This document shows, piece after piece, positions 37,001 to 43,000 of a stretch of DNA of 64,000 bases. Origin of the DNA: Oscillospiraceae bacterium (GTDB lineage Bacteria > Bacillota > Clostridia > Oscillospirales > Oscillospiraceae); contig JAZUEL010000040.1 of assembly GCA_045640125.1 (NCBI GenBank), positions 4,305-68,304 on the forward strand, read 5' to 3'. The notes under the pieces were generated by a model. That model was not told the DNA's origin. It was given only the letters and a program-made list of their open reading frames with translations, and did not search any database. How positions within the stretch are numbered: position 1 is the stretch's first letter; each line of letters starts with the position of its first letter. The position numbers and the translations under genes were made by a program.

Positions 37001-40000
37001 CTATTCCGAGATCGTTTCCGAAGCATACGCGGATTCGGTGGCGCAGCTTTCGCTGTCCGTCCTTTCGGGCGACGGCGGCACCTGCCAGATCTATGTGGGC
37101 GACTCCGGCAAGAAGCGCCAGAGCTCCATGGCGTATCTGGCGGACAAAGCGGTCGTCACAGCCAAGGGGGATATTTCCGTCAAGGCCGCCAATACCGTCA
37201 CCGTCAAGTCCACCATGCGCAGCGGCTGGGATGTCTCCTTTGTGGGCGTGCAGGCGAATACCGTCCCCACCTCGGTCTATATGAAGACCTCAGCAGGCGT
37301 GGGCGATGAATGCAAGCTCATTTCCACGGCGGGAAAAATCAACATTGAAACCGCTGAAAAAGCCACGGCTACCGCCATTGTGGACGGGGACTGCGTCGGC
37401 ATCATCGTCAGCGCGGACTGCAAATACGGTCACAACACGGTCGACCAACTGAACAGCATTTTCATCGGCAAAAAGGCGGTCGTCTCCGGCTGCAAGGGCG
37501 TGTTCATCGCGACGGGCTCGGATGCCGTCATGACCGCGAAAACCAGCGCAGACTTCGGCGGCCTGTTCGCCGGCGGAACGCTGCAGGCCAGAAATACCCT
37601 CAACCGCAAGGTCAGCATTGATATCAGCGACGGAGCCACAATCAGCTCCGAGCTCGGCACGATCAGCATTCAGGCCTTTGCCGGAGACAACGACGATATC
37701 TACGCCAGAGCCAGCGGCAAGTCGGCGGGATTTTTGAGCATCGACAACGATATGGAGGTCACCAACACCTACAATTCCGGTACGGAAATCAATATCGGCG
37801 GCGGCGTGACCATCACCGCGAGCGCGGAGGATGTCTTCATCTATGCGTGGACATCCGCGGGTAAGGTGCGTGGGGAGGTCAGCGTTCCCTCGGGCGGCGT
37901 AGTCGCCATCGCCGAGGGTACCGGTGATTTCCGCACGGGCACCAACGACAACTATTCTCTCTACGCCCGTGTGAACATTGCCAAAGACAAAGACACGACC
38001 AATATCTCGGGACGCGATATCACCATCGCCGCCCGTCTGCATAAGCTTTATCTGTATCAGGATATCGAGGTCTACGCCAAGGGTCTCGGCGGTGATGCCG
38101 AGAGCTACGCGCGTGCGTATTTCGGCATCGATCTTGATACCTACATCGGCAACGTCACCCTCCGTGCATTCCGCAATGTGTATATATATTCCAGCGGCAC
38201 GCCGGATGTCTCCGGAGAGAATATCCATCTCCGCGCCTATGCCGAGGTCGCGGGTCTCGGCGGCGATGTGGACAGTTATGCCCAGTTCAAGTCGAACGGG
38301 AGCGGTGCCCATATCAACGCCACGGTCTCCGGCAAGGCTGTGATCTACGCCGGTACGGCACGGATTGAGGCCTTTACGCTTTCGCTGACCAAGTATCTGA
38401 GCGCCTACACCAAGCTGAAAGCCATCGGCGATGCCGATGACCATTACACGGACGATTTTAACAATGTCAAGGCGACCACCTACATCGAGGACGGCGCAGC
38501 CTTCCGTCTTGGGGACAGTGCCGGCGGCAGACGGCTGGTCTTCACCGAAGAAAACGGCAATGTCGTGATGGAGGCGAGCGGTAAGGGTGCCGTCAAATAT
38601 ACGGTAGATAAGACCGCTAAAACCATCACCATTCCCGAAGTGACGAACAGCTCGCAGGGCTCGCTGTATATCAGCAAGAACCAGAATCCCAACGGTTTGA
38701 AAAACTGCAAGGTCGGCGGCGTTGCGAATGTCAGCTATCTCGACATCGTGAACAAAACGTCTTACGATCTGATCTTCAGTGAGATCGCGCTCGGCTCCCG
38801 TTTGATCGGCAAGACCGCTGTCGTGTTCACGGACTGCGTGAGCACGGAATATACGATCGTCGACGAATCCGAGCCGGGAAAGGGCTGCCAGATCATCATC
38901 AGCTCCGAGCAGCCGACGGATGTTATCTTCAACGGTCTCGTCAACAACGAACAGGGCGAGATCACGATCCGCTGGACAGGGGAGAAGGGCGGCAATCTCT
39001 ACAGCAAGACCGGCGGCATCTTCCTCGGAAGCTCCGGCATCAATGCCGCTCCCGTGTGGGCCCATCGCTTCACAGTGTCCGGTGCTGCCAATATCGGCAC
39101 CGAGCAGAATCCCTTCTGGCTCTATCTCAACGAAAAAGCGGATAAGGAAGCTCCGGTCCTCAATATTGCCGCCGACGGAGACATCTTCCTCCGCAGCTCG
39201 CTTGCCAAGATTGTGAGCTACCTTGGCTCGGTCCCCACGCCCGACGGCAAGGAGGTGCTGGGCGACCTGAGCATCGACAATGCCACCGCCGGAAAGACTC
39301 TGGATATCCGGCTGGATAATGCTGTATGCATCAATTATCTTGCGACGATCAAGACCTTCTCGATCATCATGCCCGGGACGATCAGTCTCACCAACGAGCT
39401 GTTCTTTGATGATGCCAAGACGACCACGACCGATCTGGACGGACTCTTCTATTACCGCACGAGCGACCTATCCAACGAGAGCTACGACGCTTATCAGCTT
39501 CCGAACGGGATGCAGCTCTATGTGTCCAAGACGGACGGCAAGGTCAAGCGCATCATCTCCACGCAGGGCAGGATCTTTGATATTGACCAGTATCGCATCG
39601 AGGGCGATGTCATCTACTTCGCGGCGCTCGGATACTACTTCAATTTCAAAGAAGGCACGCTCTATTTTGATGACCACACCTATTACGGTCTTTTGAGCAT
39701 CGAGGTCGAGCAGACCGCCGACGGACAGTACAAGGCTGTCAATATGGACGGAACGATCACGAGCGAACAGGTGTTCGAGGCTTTCGACAGCAAGTTCGAA
39801 CGCATTGATACGGATAAGATCGAGAGCTTCGAGTTCCTCAATATGCCTCACACTACATTCAAGCTCATCTGCGAGACCGTGGAGGGCGGCAAGACGGTGC
39901 AATACTGCCTCGGAACCGATTCCGAGAATAACAGCTCGCATATCTATCGCCTCGTTCTCGGCAATGAGCCGGAAGTCAGCTTCCTGCTGCCGCAGATTCT

Positions 40001-43000
40001 GACGATCAATTATACGGACATCAATCCCACGTCCGACAACTCGGATCGCAAGATCAAGCTCTATGCCTATACGAACGACCCGAATAATCCGTTGTTCTAC
40101 GTCGTGGAAAGCACGGCCTACTACTACACCGATTCCCGCACGCCGGATTATCGCTTCCGCGTGACCGGCTCCCTGGAAGCCGCGGTCGACGGCGATTATA
40201 CCTCGGTGCAGAAGTATGTTGTGGACGATTCCATCGGCGTTGATATGCCCACGATCTATACCGGCCTTGACCGCTATTCGACTCTCGTCTTCGACAATAT
40301 CCCGCTGAAGCTCGGAGAAGCCTCCGAGACCAACAAGGTGATCATCTCCTTTATAAATCCCGTCAGGGAAAGCGACGGACGAGCTTATTATGAGATCGTC
40401 GACGGCATTCGCGTCTCCACGGATGGATATATCGTAGACAGCTCTTACGACAATATCTTCTCCTCCTACAACGACGTGGAGGCGTATGAGGTGCGCTATG
40501 ATGCCGCAAAAGGCAATGTCACAGTCACGGAAAAGGCCTCGGCGCACAGCTTCGGTGTCGATTATATCTACAACAACGGTGATGCAAAGGTCACCGTGAA
40601 AGGGATGCAAAGACTCCGTTTCCTGAATGGGTCGGTGGCGGTCGATATGGAAGGCAACTACTACCGTCTGAACGACGACGGAAAGTGGGATGCTGTCAAG
40701 CCTGTCACGGAAGACGGCTTTGAGATCATTCGCAGCAAGGATAACAAGAAGATCCTCATTGCTTTCGGCACCGATCAGTATGGGGATGAGATTACGGCAG
40801 AGGTCTTCTATGATCTCCAGGACAACGAATCCGAAGCCGTCACTGTCAGCCGCGACAGCGATGTCCGCTGGTATGAGAAAAAGAACGGCCAGTGGAGTCT
40901 CGTCCCTCAAAAGGCCGATTTCAAGAGCGCTGATATCACGGCCGGAGGCTATAAGCTCATTCATCTGGAGGGCGGCAATGTAAAGCTCACGCTGAACGAT
41001 GCCAAAAACGGGCTCAAGGGCTCCGAGCTTTCCGATACCAACATCCGCGCCACCGGTGAAAACGGCTGCGCCGGCAATATCGTCATCACCACGATGGCGG
41101 CCAAGTATCTGGGCACGGAGGATGCTCCGCTGGCACTGGATATGGCGGGTGAGCTGAAATTCGGTACGGTCGGCATGGAGGATGCATTCAATGCCCCCAT
41201 CTGGATCACCAGTGACGGCAATCTGAAGATCACCCAGCTTTCGACCGATCAGATCATCCACATCGGCGGGCAGGGCAATATTTGCATCGACAAGCCGAAA
41301 ACGCCGACGGGCGAGCTTGTGGATTTGAATGTTGACTTCTTCAGAGGCAGCGGCGCGATCAGCCTGTATAATGAGGGCGATATCCGTGTGACGATCAGCT
41401 CCGACGAGTACATGACGGCCGACAGGATCGTGTCCTCCAAGGGCACTGTGACCGTCGACGCCGGAGACGGCGGCATGACCGGCATGGCGCATGAGGGCGC
41501 GTTCCTTGCGAATGTCTTCGCCGCAAAGAATGTCATCCTCAAGGGCCATATGCTCGGCACGGAAGATAAACCGCTTTTCATCGACAGCTTTGACGGTAGA
41601 CTCCTCGCCGATATGGATGCGGATTACGTCTATATCGTTGTAGACACGGACCATCTCGGTACACCGGTGAAGGATGGGGAAGAAGACCACAGCGGTTTCC
41701 TCGATATCAAAGTCGGAAAGGTGTTCTCCGTCCGCAGTCTTGCCGACCGCTTCGATGTCCGGCTGAAGACGGACGTGACAAAACAGAATAAGATTATCGT
41801 GGGAAATGACGGCATCATAACCGGTGAATTCTATGTCTACGATATCTTTGAATCCGGCATTTCTCGCTATGAGCAGCCTGAGCTGACGATCCGCGCAAAA
41901 TCCGCCGGAACGGAAGATGATCCGTTTATTATCCACATGGGCAACATCGAGGGAATCACCAACGAATCCATGCTGGTATTGGGGCTCGACTGCGAGACCG
42001 CTTTCCTCCGCGATGTCACAAATTACACCGCTATGGATGCAGACCGTGTGTGGAATACCCGCATCGAGACAGATGCACTGGACAGTCTTGTCCTATGGTA
42101 CGACTATCCGGTATCCGAGTGCTCCCGCACACTCGCGGTCAATACGGCATCCGAAAAGTCTACCGACCATATCACGCACATCCGCTCCAACGACAGTGAG
42201 CCGTTCTTCGTAAACTATGTTAACGCCAAGCCTTACAGCTATACCTATATCGGCGATGAAGACACGGTCACGGTGCATGGAACGTCCTCGATGCGCGGTT
42301 TGACGGTCGATGACGCAGCAGTTAAGGATGTCCGCGTCGTCAATGCGGGCGGCACCAGAAACGCGCCTGTGGTGCTGGATATCGGTCGTGCGGTATTCTC
42401 CTATCGTGGCGGCGAGCCGAATGAATCCGCACCGCACTTCAAGTCGGTGGGCGATACGCTGTATATCGACAGCATCAAAACAAAATACGGACTGACGCTC
42501 GAGGCGAGGAACATCCTCGCGGCGGAAGGACGGGAGGGACGCATCTCCACCGGCGGCGCGGAGATCGTCGCCTCGGTGATCGGCTCAAAGGATGCGCCGA
42601 TCAAGCTGACCGGCGATCTGACGGCGAGCTCCATCGACCCGAACAACGGTGATGTCGAGATCCATCTCGTCTGCGAGAGCGGCGAGGATGCTGCCTCCAA
42701 GGCAATCTCGATCAGGAATACGACGGGAAGCTTCTCCGGCGACATCTACAACGATACGACCAATTCGCTGGATCTCTCTGTCCAGTCCAACCATCTGGGC
42801 ACGAAGGATGAAGAATTCTTCCTCGATCAGACCTATGTGCATCCCGCCGTCAACATCTATCATACCGGCGTGGCGGATGTCGTTAACTACAATCTTCACG
42901 TCGGCGGCATGACCTCGATCCATTCGCACGCGAACGGCGAGATCTACGGCAGACTGACGATCGACGAGATCACGGGTATCAATAACCCGGTGTTCACCGC

